NCBI GenBank assembly: GCA_964519685.1
Contig: CAZFIY010000001.1
Coordinates: 1-27,963, forward strand
Direction: 5' to 3'
From: an uncultured Pseudomonadales bacterium
GTDB taxonomy: Bacteria > Patescibacteriota > Microgenomatia > UBA1400 > PJMF01
Length of the DNA stretch: 27,963 bases
In this document: positions 1-7,980 of the stretch, piece after piece
Position numbering within the stretch: position 1 is the first letter of the stretch
How the letters are laid out: every line of letters starts with the position of its first letter
Program-made: the position numbers and the translations under genes
The notes under the pieces: generated by a model
Told to the model about the DNA's origin: nothing
Database searches by the model: none
The model's input: only the letters and a program-made list of their open reading frames with translations

Positions 1-1
1 T

Positions 2-886
2 ATTGCTATGGGTTTGATGTCTGATGGTGAAAAATTTGTCGTTCTTTCAGATATTCAAGGTTTAGAAGATCACGTTGGCGACATGGACTTCAAAGTAGCT
101 GGTACCAAGGAAGGTATTACTGCTATTCAAATGGATATCAAACTTAAGGGTATTCCAAAAGAAATTTTAGTTCAGGCTTTAGGTCAAGCTCGCGAAGGTC
201 GTTTGCATATTATGGGCGAAATGATGAAATGCATTGCGCAGCCGAGAACGACCTTAAGTCCTTATGCTCCAAAAGTTGCTCAAGTCACTATTCCAGCGGA
301 AAAAATTGGTGCCGTGATTGGTACTGGTGGCAGCGTCATTAAAGATATCATTGAAAAGTCTGGTGCAGAGGTCAATGTTGAAGAAGACAAAGAAAACAAG
401 ACTGGCGTCATTAATGTTTCTTCTCCAGATCAAGCTGCCATTGATAAAGCAATGAAGATGATTGAAGACATCACTAGAGAAGTCAAAGTTGATGATGAAT
501 TTGATGGTACCGTCACTCGTGTTGAAGGATACGGCGTTTTTGTCGAATTTTTACCAGGACGCGAAGGTTTGGTGCATGTTTCCAATATGTCTTCTGAATA
601 TGTTAAAGATGCCAATGATCTCTATCACGTCGGTGACAGTGTTCACGTGCGTGTCAAAGAATACAATCCAGAGGGAAAAATTGCTTTAACCATGCTAACT
701 GCAGAACAAGAAGCCGAGCAGAAAGAAAAAGCAGCTGCTCGCGGTGACAGAGAAGACAATGGTCGCGGCAATGGAGGCAATGGTGGTTATGGCGGTCGCT
801 CAAATTTTAATGGTCGAGGTGGAGATCGTTATCAAAGACGTCCTTCTTTTGGAGGTCGTGGTAATGATGGTGGCAGAAGATACTAA
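2..886 (+). CDS. pnp: Polyribonucleotide nucleotidyltransferase (PNPase), 3' part; gene starts before the window
   Basis: GDMDFKVAGTKEGITAIQMDIK (RNase PH domain 2), KH motif IGAVIGTGGSVIK, S1 domain (GVFVEFLPGREGLVHVS), then a Gly/Arg-rich tail. The frame is open to the window edge. Confidence 0.97.
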   Translation: MAMGLMSDGEKFVVLSDIQGLEDHVGDMDFKVAGTKEGITAIQMDIKLKGIPKEILVQALGQAREGRLHIMGEMMKCIAQPRTTLSPYAPKVAQVTIPAEKIGAVIGTGGSVIKDIIEKSGAEVNVEEDKENKTGVINVSSPDQAAIDKAMKMIEDITREVKVDDEFDGTVTRVEGYGVFVEFLPGREGLVHVSNMSSEYVKDANDLYHVGDSVHVRVKEYNPEGKIALTMLTAEQEAEQKEKAAARGDREDNGRGNGGNGGYGGRSNFNGRGGDRYQRRPSFGGRGNDGGRRY

Positions 887-906
887 ACTTCTCTAAAAGA
901 AAATTT

Positions 907-938
907 AAAAAGCCCCAAGTAAAATTGGGGCTTTTTTT
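907..938 (+). terminator. Intrinsic terminator after pnp
   Basis: AAAAAGCCCCAA-gtaaaa-TTGGGGCTTTTT hairpin ending in a T run, 20 nt after the pnp stop. Confidence 0.9.
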
Positions 939-975
939 GAGGCGTGTAGCTTTTGTATCGTGTATACTAAGAATC

Positions 976-1842
976 ATGCGTGTTGCTTCTTTACTTAATT
1001 CTGCTGGCTTTATTAGCATCTTAGAACTTGATAATAATCGTCATTTAGCTGAAAGTTTGGGTTTGGATTTAACTTTGCAAGACAATATTCAATTGCTGGA
1101 TGAAATCAATGGCTACATTTTGCAATTAAGCAAAGAAGTGACTGGGGTGATTTATGATCCGATTTATACTTTTAAATTTCTGTCCCAAAATAATAAAAAA
1201 ACCAGCGCCTTAATTCGTTTAGAACAAGATAAAGAGACTTTGCCAGATAGTTTACCGCTATTGTTTCCCAACTTTAGTTTGGAAGAGATTAGTAATAATT
1301 ATGCTTTAGCTAAGTTGGAATTAAACTATCACCCTAAAGAACAAAAAGCATTGGAAAAGAAACAATTATTGGCAGAAATTAGAGAATATTCAAAAATTCT
1401 GAACATGGATGTTTTGTTAAAACTAAATATTTATGATCCCAATCAATTGCTTGTAGAAAAGGACAAACAAGTTAAATTTTCTTTTGACGATGGTCAATTA
1501 TTGGCGATTCAAGAATTAAGGTCTTTCAGTGACGTTCTAGTCATCCAAAATCCCTCTGATCCATTAGCAATGGCGACTATTATTAGCGAATTAGACATTC
1601 CTTGTTTGATCATGGCTAATAAAGAAGATCGTTATGAGCAATTTAAAGATAAATTTCGCATGGCGATGGAGAATGGAGCCAAGGGCTATTGTTTGTCTCG
1701 AGTCTTGTGGCAAGAATTGAGTAGCTATCGCCAAGAAAATCAAAGTTTGGATTTACCAAATATACAAAAATACTTTAATACTACTGTTAGAGATCGCTTG
1801 ATTGAACTTAATAGAATTGCTTCAGAAAGTTTAGTTTCATGA
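976..1842 (+). CDS. Tagatose-1,6-bisphosphate aldolase (LacD)-like class I aldolase-fold protein, probably degenerate
   Basis: GFISILELD (cf. LacD GIISALAFDQRG), AKLELNYHP, SDVLVIQNP, GAKGYCLSRVLWQ (cf. GVLCGRATW). ATG 976 preferred over TTG 925, which lies inside the terminator. Confidence 0.7.
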   Translation: MRVASLLNSAGFISILELDNNRHLAESLGLDLTLQDNIQLLDEINGYILQLSKEVTGVIYDPIYTFKFLSQNNKKTSALIRLEQDKETLPDSLPLLFPNFSLEEISNNYALAKLELNYHPKEQKALEKKQLLAEIREYSKILNMDVLLKLNIYDPNQLLVEKDKQVKFSFDDGQLLAIQELRSFSDVLVIQNPSDPLAMATIISELDIPCLIMANKEDRYEQFKDKFRMAMENGAKGYCLSRVLWQELSSYRQENQSLDLPNIQKYFNTTVRDRLIELNRIASESLVS

Positions 1843-2714
1843 AAATAAGAAAAGCACTTATTACTTGCGCTGGTTTTGGAACTCGCTTTTTACCGATTAC
1901 CAAAACTATTCAAAAAGAAATGTTGCCGATTATTGATAGACCACTAATAGATTATGTAGTGGAAGATTGTATCAGGGCAGGAATTGAAGAAATCATTTTT
2001 GTAGTTGGTGAACATAATTACCAAATTATGCACTATTACAGAGAAAATCAGCGTTTATATGAATACTTGAAAAAATTTAATAAAGTCCATTTGTATGAGC
2101 AAATTGCTCATCTTCATGAGCAAGCCAATTTTCATTTTGTGAAACAAAAAGACAGCGATCCTTATGGCACAGCTGTGCCGGTTGTTTTGGCCAAAGACCA
2201 TCTTCAAGATGAGGATGCTTTTTTAGTACTAATGGGTGATGATTTTGTTTATCAATCTGTAGGTAGAAGCGTTGTGGCAGACATGATTAATGCTTATGAA
2301 AAATCTGGAGCTAAAGCTTTACTGACTTGCGTAGAAAAACCAGAAGATGTTCTGAGCAAGTACGGCGCGATCAAAAGTCACCAAGAAGGTGCTTTTCAAT
2401 TTTTAGACGAGATTGTTGAGAAACCAGCAGAAGGTTTGGCGCCATCCAATTTAGTCAATATTAGTAAATATATTTTTAGTCGAGAAATTTGGCAAATCTT
2501 AAATCAACAAAGTATTAACCCTAAGTCTGGCGAATTTTATATCACTGATAGTTTGCAAACTTTAGCCAAAACAGACCCAGTTTTAGTTCATATTCCTCAA
2601 GGAACATATCTAGATGGAGGCTATCCTCTCGGCTGGTTGTTGGCAAATCTCACTGTTGCCAAAGATCATCCAGAACTTTGGTCAGAAATAAAAAACTTTG
2701 TGAATCGTGCTTGA
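1839..2714 (+). CDS. galU: UTP--glucose-1-phosphate uridylyltransferase
   Basis: KALITCAGFGTRFLPITKTIQKEMLPIIDRP signature, VLMGDD, VEKP. ATGA overlap with the upstream stop. Confidence 0.9.
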   Translation: MKIRKALITCAGFGTRFLPITKTIQKEMLPIIDRPLIDYVVEDCIRAGIEEIIFVVGEHNYQIMHYYRENQRLYEYLKKFNKVHLYEQIAHLHEQANFHFVKQKDSDPYGTAVPVVLAKDHLQDEDAFLVLMGDDFVYQSVGRSVVADMINAYEKSGAKALLTCVEKPEDVLSKYGAIKSHQEGAFQFLDEIVEKPAEGLAPSNLVNISKYIFSREIWQILNQQSINPKSGEFYITDSLQTLAKTDPVLVHIPQGTYLDGGYPLGWLLANLTVAKDHPELWSEIKNFVNRA

Positions 2715-2747
2715 TTTCAATGAACATATAGATTACTATCTATATGT
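2711..2747 (+). promoter_or_regulatory. sigma70-type promoter of the SOD gene overlapped by a perfect 10-4-10 palindrome
   Basis: TTGATT (2711-2716), 17-nt spacer, TACTAT (2734-2739). Inverted repeat ACATATAGAT-tact-ATCTATATGT at 2724-2747. Confidence 0.65.
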
Positions 2748-2778
2748 AATTAACATTAATCAGTAAAGGATTTACTTT

Positions 2779-3408
2779 ATGCACCAATTACCCAATTTAC
2801 CTTATGCTTATGAAGCTCTGGAGCCTTATTTTGACCAAGAAACCATGAAGCTTCACCACGATAAACATCATCAAGCTTATTTAGACAAATTCAATGCGGC
2901 TTTGACTGATTATCCACAGTTAGCAGCTATGTCTGCAGAAGATTTACTTTGGCAATTTGCTGATTTGGCTAAACAAAATGTTCCAGTCGATATTCAAACT
3001 GCGCTGAAAAATCATGGCGGTGGCTATGTGCACCACAATATTTTGTGGGAAACTTTGTCGCCCAGTGGACCAAGGGAGGCAGTGGGCGAACTAGCCAGCG
3101 CCATCTCTCAACAATTTTCATCTTTTTCTGAATTTAGAAAACAATTTACAGATTTAGCCTTGAAACATTTTGGAGCTGGCTGGGCGTGGTTGGTTTTAGA
3201 TGAAAATAAAAAGCTAGTTATTTATTCACTGCCTAATCAAGATTCACCGCTACTTAAGCAACATCACCCACTAATGGGGATTGATGTTTGGGAACATGCT
3301 TATTATCTGAAATACCAAAATCGCCGTCCAGAATATTTGGAAGCAGTATGGCAAGTTCTTGATTGGCAAAAAATTGAAGAGCGCTATCAGTTGGCTTTGA
3401 CCAAATAA
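2779..3408 (+). CDS. sodA: Superoxide dismutase, Mn/Fe family (Mn-type signatures)
   Basis: LPYAYEALEPY, HHDKHH, NHGGGYVHH, FGAGWAWL, NQD, DVWEHAYYLKYQNRRPEY. Confidence 0.95.
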   Translation: MHQLPNLPYAYEALEPYFDQETMKLHHDKHHQAYLDKFNAALTDYPQLAAMSAEDLLWQFADLAKQNVPVDIQTALKNHGGGYVHHNILWETLSPSGPREAVGELASAISQQFSSFSEFRKQFTDLALKHFGAGWAWLVLDENKKLVIYSLPNQDSPLLKQHHPLMGIDVWEHAYYLKYQNRRPEYLEAVWQVLDWQKIEERYQLALTK

Positions 3409-3459
3409 TTTTAAACAAATCATAGACTTTGCTAGTAAATTGTTTTAGTATGTTTGTTT

Positions 3460-4044
3460 ATGCTCGAAGTTATTCTCGATGTTGAAACCAAGCAGATTTT
3501 TGATGATGTTGGTGGTTATTTTCCTGAAAAATTAGGGATTTCTTTTGTGGGGGTTTGTGTGCGTAGTGATCGTTCTCAAAAAGGTGAGATGCAGTCTTAC
3601 TTTGAAAAAGACTTGCCCAAATTGTTTCCTCTTTTAGAACGAGCCGATGTGGTAGTGGGCTTTAATATTGATGGTTTTGATATGCCAACCTTTATTCCTT
3701 ATTATCAAGCGGATATTAGTCGCATTCCCACTTTGGATGTCATGGATCGTATTAAAAAAAGTACCGGACATCGCATCGGTCTTGATGCAGTAGCCAAGGA
3801 AACTTTGGGAGCTGGCAAAAGCGGTGATGGTTTGGATGCGATTAAGTATTATAAATCTGGCAACTTCGAGGCATTAGAAAAATACTGTTTACGCGATGTT
3901 GAAGTTACAAGAGATGTTTATGACTATGGTTTGAAAAACGGCAAAGTGAAATTTCGTAATAAATGGAATCGTTTGATTGAGGCTCCAGTAGATTTCTCTT
4001 TTATTAGCTCCAAGACTAATGGCACACAGATGAGTTTAATCTAA
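3460..4044 (+). CDS. RNase H-like / DEDD 3'-5' exonuclease family protein (YprB-like)
   Basis: VILDVET (Exo I), VGFNIDGFD (Exo II), YCLRDV (Exo III). Confidence 0.8.
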   Translation: MLEVILDVETKQIFDDVGGYFPEKLGISFVGVCVRSDRSQKGEMQSYFEKDLPKLFPLLERADVVVGFNIDGFDMPTFIPYYQADISRIPTLDVMDRIKKSTGHRIGLDAVAKETLGAGKSGDGLDAIKYYKSGNFEALEKYCLRDVEVTRDVYDYGLKNGKVKFRNKWNRLIEAPVDFSFISSKTNGTQMSLI

Positions 4045-4092
4045 AAGCTTTTGAACTTGCCAAGTCGAGTCATTCTTGAGAGAATAGGATTT

Positions 4093-4590
4093 ATGTTTAT
4101 CAAACATCAGTTGACTGAAAATGTGAAACTTTTGCAAAAAGCGGTGATTATTCGCTCTGGAGATATTGGTAGAGAGGTTTTAATTTTGAAGCGTAGCAGC
4201 GAATCAGTTTCGAGACCTTCTTGTTGGGATTTGCCTGGAGGAAACAGTGAGTGGCCAGCAGAAAATCAAATGTCCAGTGCTAATCTTCATTTAACTGATC
4301 TCCAAAGAGAAATTCTTGAAGAAACTGCACTGACAGTTAATATTAATGATCTAAGTTTAGATAAGCTAGTGCATTTTTCGACTTATTTTGAGAGTGAAAA
4401 ACAAATTTTTACTATGATCGCTGGCTGGCTCATTGATTACGCCACTACCGATCAAAACGAAGTGAGAATTTCTAACGAACACCAAGAATATGCTTGGGTC
4501 AGCGAAGCTGATTTGCCTAATTATGATTTCGGCGGAGCTAAAGGTAGTTTTATTTTAGAGATTATTCAAAATTCTTTTGCTAAAATTTAG
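4093..4590 (+). CDS. NUDIX hydrolase with an atypical, elongated Nudix box
   Basis: VLILKRS, WDLPGG...REILEETAL, ISNEHQEYAWV. ATG 4093 is preceded by AGGA. Confidence 0.8.
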   Translation: MFIKHQLTENVKLLQKAVIIRSGDIGREVLILKRSSESVSRPSCWDLPGGNSEWPAENQMSSANLHLTDLQREILEETALTVNINDLSLDKLVHFSTYFESEKQIFTMIAGWLIDYATTDQNEVRISNEHQEYAWVSEADLPNYDFGGAKGSFILEIIQNSFAKI

Positions 4591-4599
4591 AATTAATTC

Positions 4600-5190
4600 A
4601 TGAAATTTTTTGTAGCTTCAATAAATCCGGTAAAAATTAATGCCGTTAAACATGCTGTTAGTCAAAAATTTTCACACACACTCGTTAGGGGTTTGGAGGT
4701 GGAAAGTGGCGTAGCTGCTCAGCCTATGAGCGATCAGGAAACTAGGCAAGGAGCTTTAAATCGAGCTAAAGCACTCAAAAAACTTGCTTTGCAAAAAAAA
4801 CTAATCAAAGCAAATGAAGACGGATTATTTATTGGTTTAGAAGGTGGAGTTTTTCATCCTGATTTTGCAAAAAACAAACAAGAGTTGTGGTCAACGGTTT
4901 GGGCGGTGGCTCTTGATCAAAATGATCAAAGTTATTTTAACAATGGAGCACGTTTTCCTTTGCCTCCATTTATCAGTCAAATGTTATTAGATGGCAAGGA
5001 AATGGGTCCTACCTTAGGAGCTTATTTAGGTGATCCAAACTTAAAGAGCAAGGATGGAGCCATTGGCTTCTTGACTAAAAACTTTACCAATCGCACTGAT
5101 GAATATGAAAGCATTGTCAAAATTGCTATTGGCCTCTGGTACAAAGTATATTTTGATAATCTTTTTCCAGACTGTGACTTGACAAAGTAA
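4600..5190 (+). CDS. yjjX: Inosine/xanthosine triphosphatase (non-canonical purine NTP phosphatase, YjjX family)
   Basis: ASINPVKINAV, VESGVAAQPMSDQETRQGALNRA, IGLEGG, GAIGFLT. Confidence 0.85.
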   Translation: MKFFVASINPVKINAVKHAVSQKFSHTLVRGLEVESGVAAQPMSDQETRQGALNRAKALKKLALQKKLIKANEDGLFIGLEGGVFHPDFAKNKQELWSTVWAVALDQNDQSYFNNGARFPLPPFISQMLLDGKEMGPTLGAYLGDPNLKSKDGAIGFLTKNFTNRTDEYESIVKIAIGLWYKVYFDNLFPDCDLTK

Positions 5191-5207
5191 AACTTTCTCG
5201 GCAAAAT
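5179..5207 (+). promoter_or_regulatory. Predicted sigma70 promoter
   Basis: TTGACA (5179-5184), 17 nt, CAAAAT (5202-5207). SD-like AAGGA precedes ATG 5239. Confidence 0.55.
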
Positions 5208-5238
5208 GGGATCATAGTAATACTTATTGCAAGGAAAT

Positions 5239-5748
5239 ATGTCAAAAAAACTGCAAAGTCTTCTCCCTTATCTTTTTCCACTTATTGCCGTCATTTTGGT
5301 AGTAGTGATGTTTGCTCGTTGGTACAAAGGCAAAACTGCTGATGCTCCAGTCAGTTTACTTGACTCACAATTGGAAGTGGAGAGTTTATCAGCTCAAATG
5401 CAAGACAGTATTATTAAAGGAGCTACTGATTACAAGATGATAAATATGATTGGTGTTGATCAAGCTGTAGGTGAAGTGCGTTACCAAATTAAAGATGATA
5501 AGTTAAGTTTTACGGTAACTGCTAACCTACCAAGTTCTAAAGAAGATTATGCGGTTTGGTTATCCGATGTAAATGGTGCAGCTAAAAAAAGAGTTTTTAA
5601 TTTGAAATATTCCAAAGCTGGTTATGTGGGTAGTGCTATGGTTTCTGATGATATCTTGCCAGTCAAAGTTTTGGTGAGTAAAGCTTCAGACTTAATGTTG
5701 GAAGATATCTTATTACAAGCAGAAATCCTTGCACCAGAGGCAAATTAA
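5239..5748 (+). CDS. Hypothetical single-pass membrane protein; C-terminal beta domain weakly reminiscent of the RskA anti-sigma C-terminal domain
   Basis: N-terminal hydrophobic span LLPYLFPLIAVILVVVMFA, beta-rich soluble part with YAVWL. AAGGA SD. Confidence 0.75.
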   Translation: MSKKLQSLLPYLFPLIAVILVVVMFARWYKGKTADAPVSLLDSQLEVESLSAQMQDSIIKGATDYKMINMIGVDQAVGEVRYQIKDDKLSFTVTANLPSSKEDYAVWLSDVNGAAKKRVFNLKYSKAGYVGSAMVSDDILPVKVLVSKASDLMLEDILLQAEILAPEAN

Positions 5749-5802
5749 AACTATTTTTGATTTGTTTTGATGTACATTGATATAAAAAAATGAAAACTGC
5801 TT

Positions 5803-5905
5803 CTTGATTAGCTAGTCAAGTATGCTAATCTAAAAGCAGACTTAAATAATAAGTCTATTAATAAAAATTATTCTCTATGATTCATAGAGAAAGAAGGGTT
5901 ACCAT
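5803..5905 (+). promoter_or_regulatory. Promoter and structured 5' leader of the 67-aa gene
   Basis: TTGATT (5804-5809) with extended -10 TGc-TAATCT (5823-5831). Inverted repeats at 5803-5820, 5838-5856 and 5871-5891. Confidence 0.55.
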
Positions 5906-6109
5906 ATGGCTAGTGCCTATAGTTACACAAACTCCAAAGGTCAGACCTATTACCTTCACACCAGAGACGTCACCTTGAAGAATGGTAGAGTTCAAACCAT
6001 CTACTTCTTCGCTCGCGATGTCCGTGATGGTTCTTTAAGTGCTGTACCAGCTGCTTACCAAGTAGTTGAAACCAGCAGAACTGGCATGCCAGTTTTGAAG
6101 AAGAAGTAA
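5906..6109 (+). CDS. Small basic beta-rich conserved hypothetical protein (67 aa), probably highly expressed
   Basis: Clean ORF between its own promoter and terminator, with C-ending codon bias (TAC, TTC, ACC) in an AT-rich context. Confidence 0.9.
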   Translation: MASAYSYTNSKGQTYYLHTRDVTLKNGRVQTIYFFARDVRDGSLSAVPAAYQVVETSRTGMPVLKKK

Positions 6110-6135
6110 GCTCTTTTACTTTTTTGTGAAAAAAT

Positions 6136-6161
6136 AGCCCCGCTTAAACGCGGGGCTTTTT
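6136..6161 (+). terminator. Intrinsic terminator
   Basis: AGCCCCGC-ttaaac-GCGGGGCT followed by TTTT. Confidence 0.9.
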
Positions 6162-6187
6162 ATTGTCTATAATGTTATATTAAAGAT

Positions 6188-6649
6188 ATGAAAATTTATT
6201 TAGGTGCCGATCATGGTGGTTTTGAACTCAAAGAAAATTTTAAAGATTATATTAGTCGCAATGATCAAGATTTAGAGATAGAAGATTGTGGAGCGCTTGT
6301 GAATGATCCGACAGACGATTATCCGTTAATTGCTTTTCGCGTTGCGCAAAAAGTTGCTGCTGATTCAGCCGACGATTGTTTGGGAATTTTATTGTGTCGT
6401 TCTGGTTCTGGTGTAGTAATAGCAGCCAATAAAGTTAAAGGAATTAGAGCAGTAGAGCTTTATAATGAGAAAATCGCTATTCATGCCAAGAGTCACAATC
6501 ATGCTAATGTGATTGCTTTTAGCGGTGATCAATTATCTCTTTTAGAAATGATGGACTTGTTTGAGGTCTTTATCAAAACTACTCAGGATTCAAGTGATAG
6601 GCATGAACGTAGAATTCAGCAAATTACAAATTACGAAAATCAAAGATAA
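6188..6649 (+). CDS. rpiB: Ribose-5-phosphate isomerase B (RpiB/LacA/LacB family)
   Basis: IYLGADHGG, DDYP, LLCRSGSGVVIAANKVKGIRA, HNHANV, RHERRI. Confidence 0.92.
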   Translation: MKIYLGADHGGFELKENFKDYISRNDQDLEIEDCGALVNDPTDDYPLIAFRVAQKVAADSADDCLGILLCRSGSGVVIAANKVKGIRAVELYNEKIAIHAKSHNHANVIAFSGDQLSLLEMMDLFEVFIKTTQDSSDRHERRIQQITNYENQR

Positions 6650-6664
6650 TTTAAAAAAGGAATT

Positions 6665-7333
6665 ATGAACTTAGACGTTAGCGCCAATGTTTTAACTGGC
6701 AATTTAGAATTAGCTAAAAAACAAATTGAATTGGCAAAGAGCACGAATTTATTAGAGGCGATTCAAATTGATATTGTCGATGGGATTTTTGCTGATAATC
6801 ATACTTTTACCCCCCAAGATTTAGCAGATATTGATTTTGGTGATTTACAAATTGATTTTCATTTAATGACCGAAGAACCAATGGACTATGTTTGGGAACT
6901 TGAGGAATATTGTCGTCATTTACCGATCAGAGCAGTTTTTGGTCAAATTGAAAAAATGACTTATCAAGAAGCTTTTTTAGAAGAGGTAAAGAAGCAAGAG
7001 TGGCGAGCTGGTTTGGCTTTGGATTTATTTACGCCGATTGAATCCATTGATACAAATAGTTGGGAATGGATGGATGCTTTGCTCCTTTTAGGAGTCGAAG
7101 CTGGTGCTTCTGGTCAGGAACAGAATTCATTTTTGTTTGAAAAAATCAAAGCTGTACGCCAAAAAGTTATGAAGAATGAACCGCTGAAAATTTTTGTTGA
7201 TGGCGGAGTAAATCAACAAAACATCGAACAACTGCAGAGAAGTGGGGTTGATGGTGTGACGGTTAATTCTGCATTTAATCAGGCTGTAAATTATAAACAA
7301 GCTGTAGAAGAATTTTTGTCTTATGTCAAATAA
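6665..7333 (+). CDS. rpe: Ribulose-phosphate 3-epimerase (divergent)
   Basis: QIDIVDGIFADNHT, DFHLM, LGVEAGASGQ, IFVDGGVN; adjacent to rpiB. Confidence 0.85.
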   Translation: MNLDVSANVLTGNLELAKKQIELAKSTNLLEAIQIDIVDGIFADNHTFTPQDLADIDFGDLQIDFHLMTEEPMDYVWELEEYCRHLPIRAVFGQIEKMTYQEAFLEEVKKQEWRAGLALDLFTPIESIDTNSWEWMDALLLLGVEAGASGQEQNSFLFEKIKAVRQKVMKNEPLKIFVDGGVNQQNIEQLQRSGVDGVTVNSAFNQAVNYKQAVEEFLSYVK

Positions 7334-7943
7334 AAAAGTTTCTATTCCCAAAGCCAATCATTTTTACAAAATCAATAAAATTGCTTTTTATGGTAGTGCT
7401 GATATTAGTGAAACAGATCCAGCTTACAAAGCGACCTACGAGGCAGCTAAATATGTAGCCAAAAAAGGAAAGACTGTGATCAATGGTGGTGGTCCTGGAG
7501 TGATGGAAGCTGCGACCAAAGGAGCCAAAGCTGGTAAGGGTAAAACTTTGGTAGTAACTTTTTATCCAGAAAATTTACCAGAATTTGAAGGTCGAGCTGA
7601 GCAAAATGTAGCAGATAAAGAGATTAAAACAGCTAATTATATTGAAAGAATGTTTAATTTGATGGATAACGCTGATTTATTTGTTTGTTTCAAAGGAGGA
7701 ACTGGCACTCTCAGTGAATGGGCGACTGCCTGGTTATTGGCTCATCTTTATTATGGCAATCACAAGCCTTTGATTTTATACGGAGAGTTTTGGCATGAAT
7801 TTATGGATGTGATACACAAGCATTTTTTAATTGGGTATAAAGAAGCTCAGGTTTATCGTATCGTCAATAGTTTAGAAGAATTTAAAATAGCTTTGCGTAT
7901 TTTTGAAGAGGAAATGTCTGCTCGTCGCTTGAAATTGAATTGA
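7323..7943 (+). CDS. LOG-family protein (nucleotide monophosphate phosphoribohydrolase-like)
   Basis: IAFYGSA, NGGGPGVMEAATKGA, KGGTGTLSE (PGGxGTxxE variant), KPLILYG. Confidence 0.85.
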   Translation: MSNKKVSIPKANHFYKINKIAFYGSADISETDPAYKATYEAAKYVAKKGKTVINGGGPGVMEAATKGAKAGKGKTLVVTFYPENLPEFEGRAEQNVADKEIKTANYIERMFNLMDNADLFVCFKGGTGTLSEWATAWLLAHLYYGNHKPLILYGEFWHEFMDVIHKHFLIGYKEAQVYRIVNSLEEFKIALRIFEEEMSARRLKLN

Positions 7944-7980
7944 GTTTTAAGTTAAGATAAATAAAGAAAGTCTGCCCAAT

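Noticed and set aside
2779-3408. SOD in a presumed anaerobic CPR organism
   Set aside because: Ordinary Mn/Fe-SOD with intact ligands; not unusual by itself.
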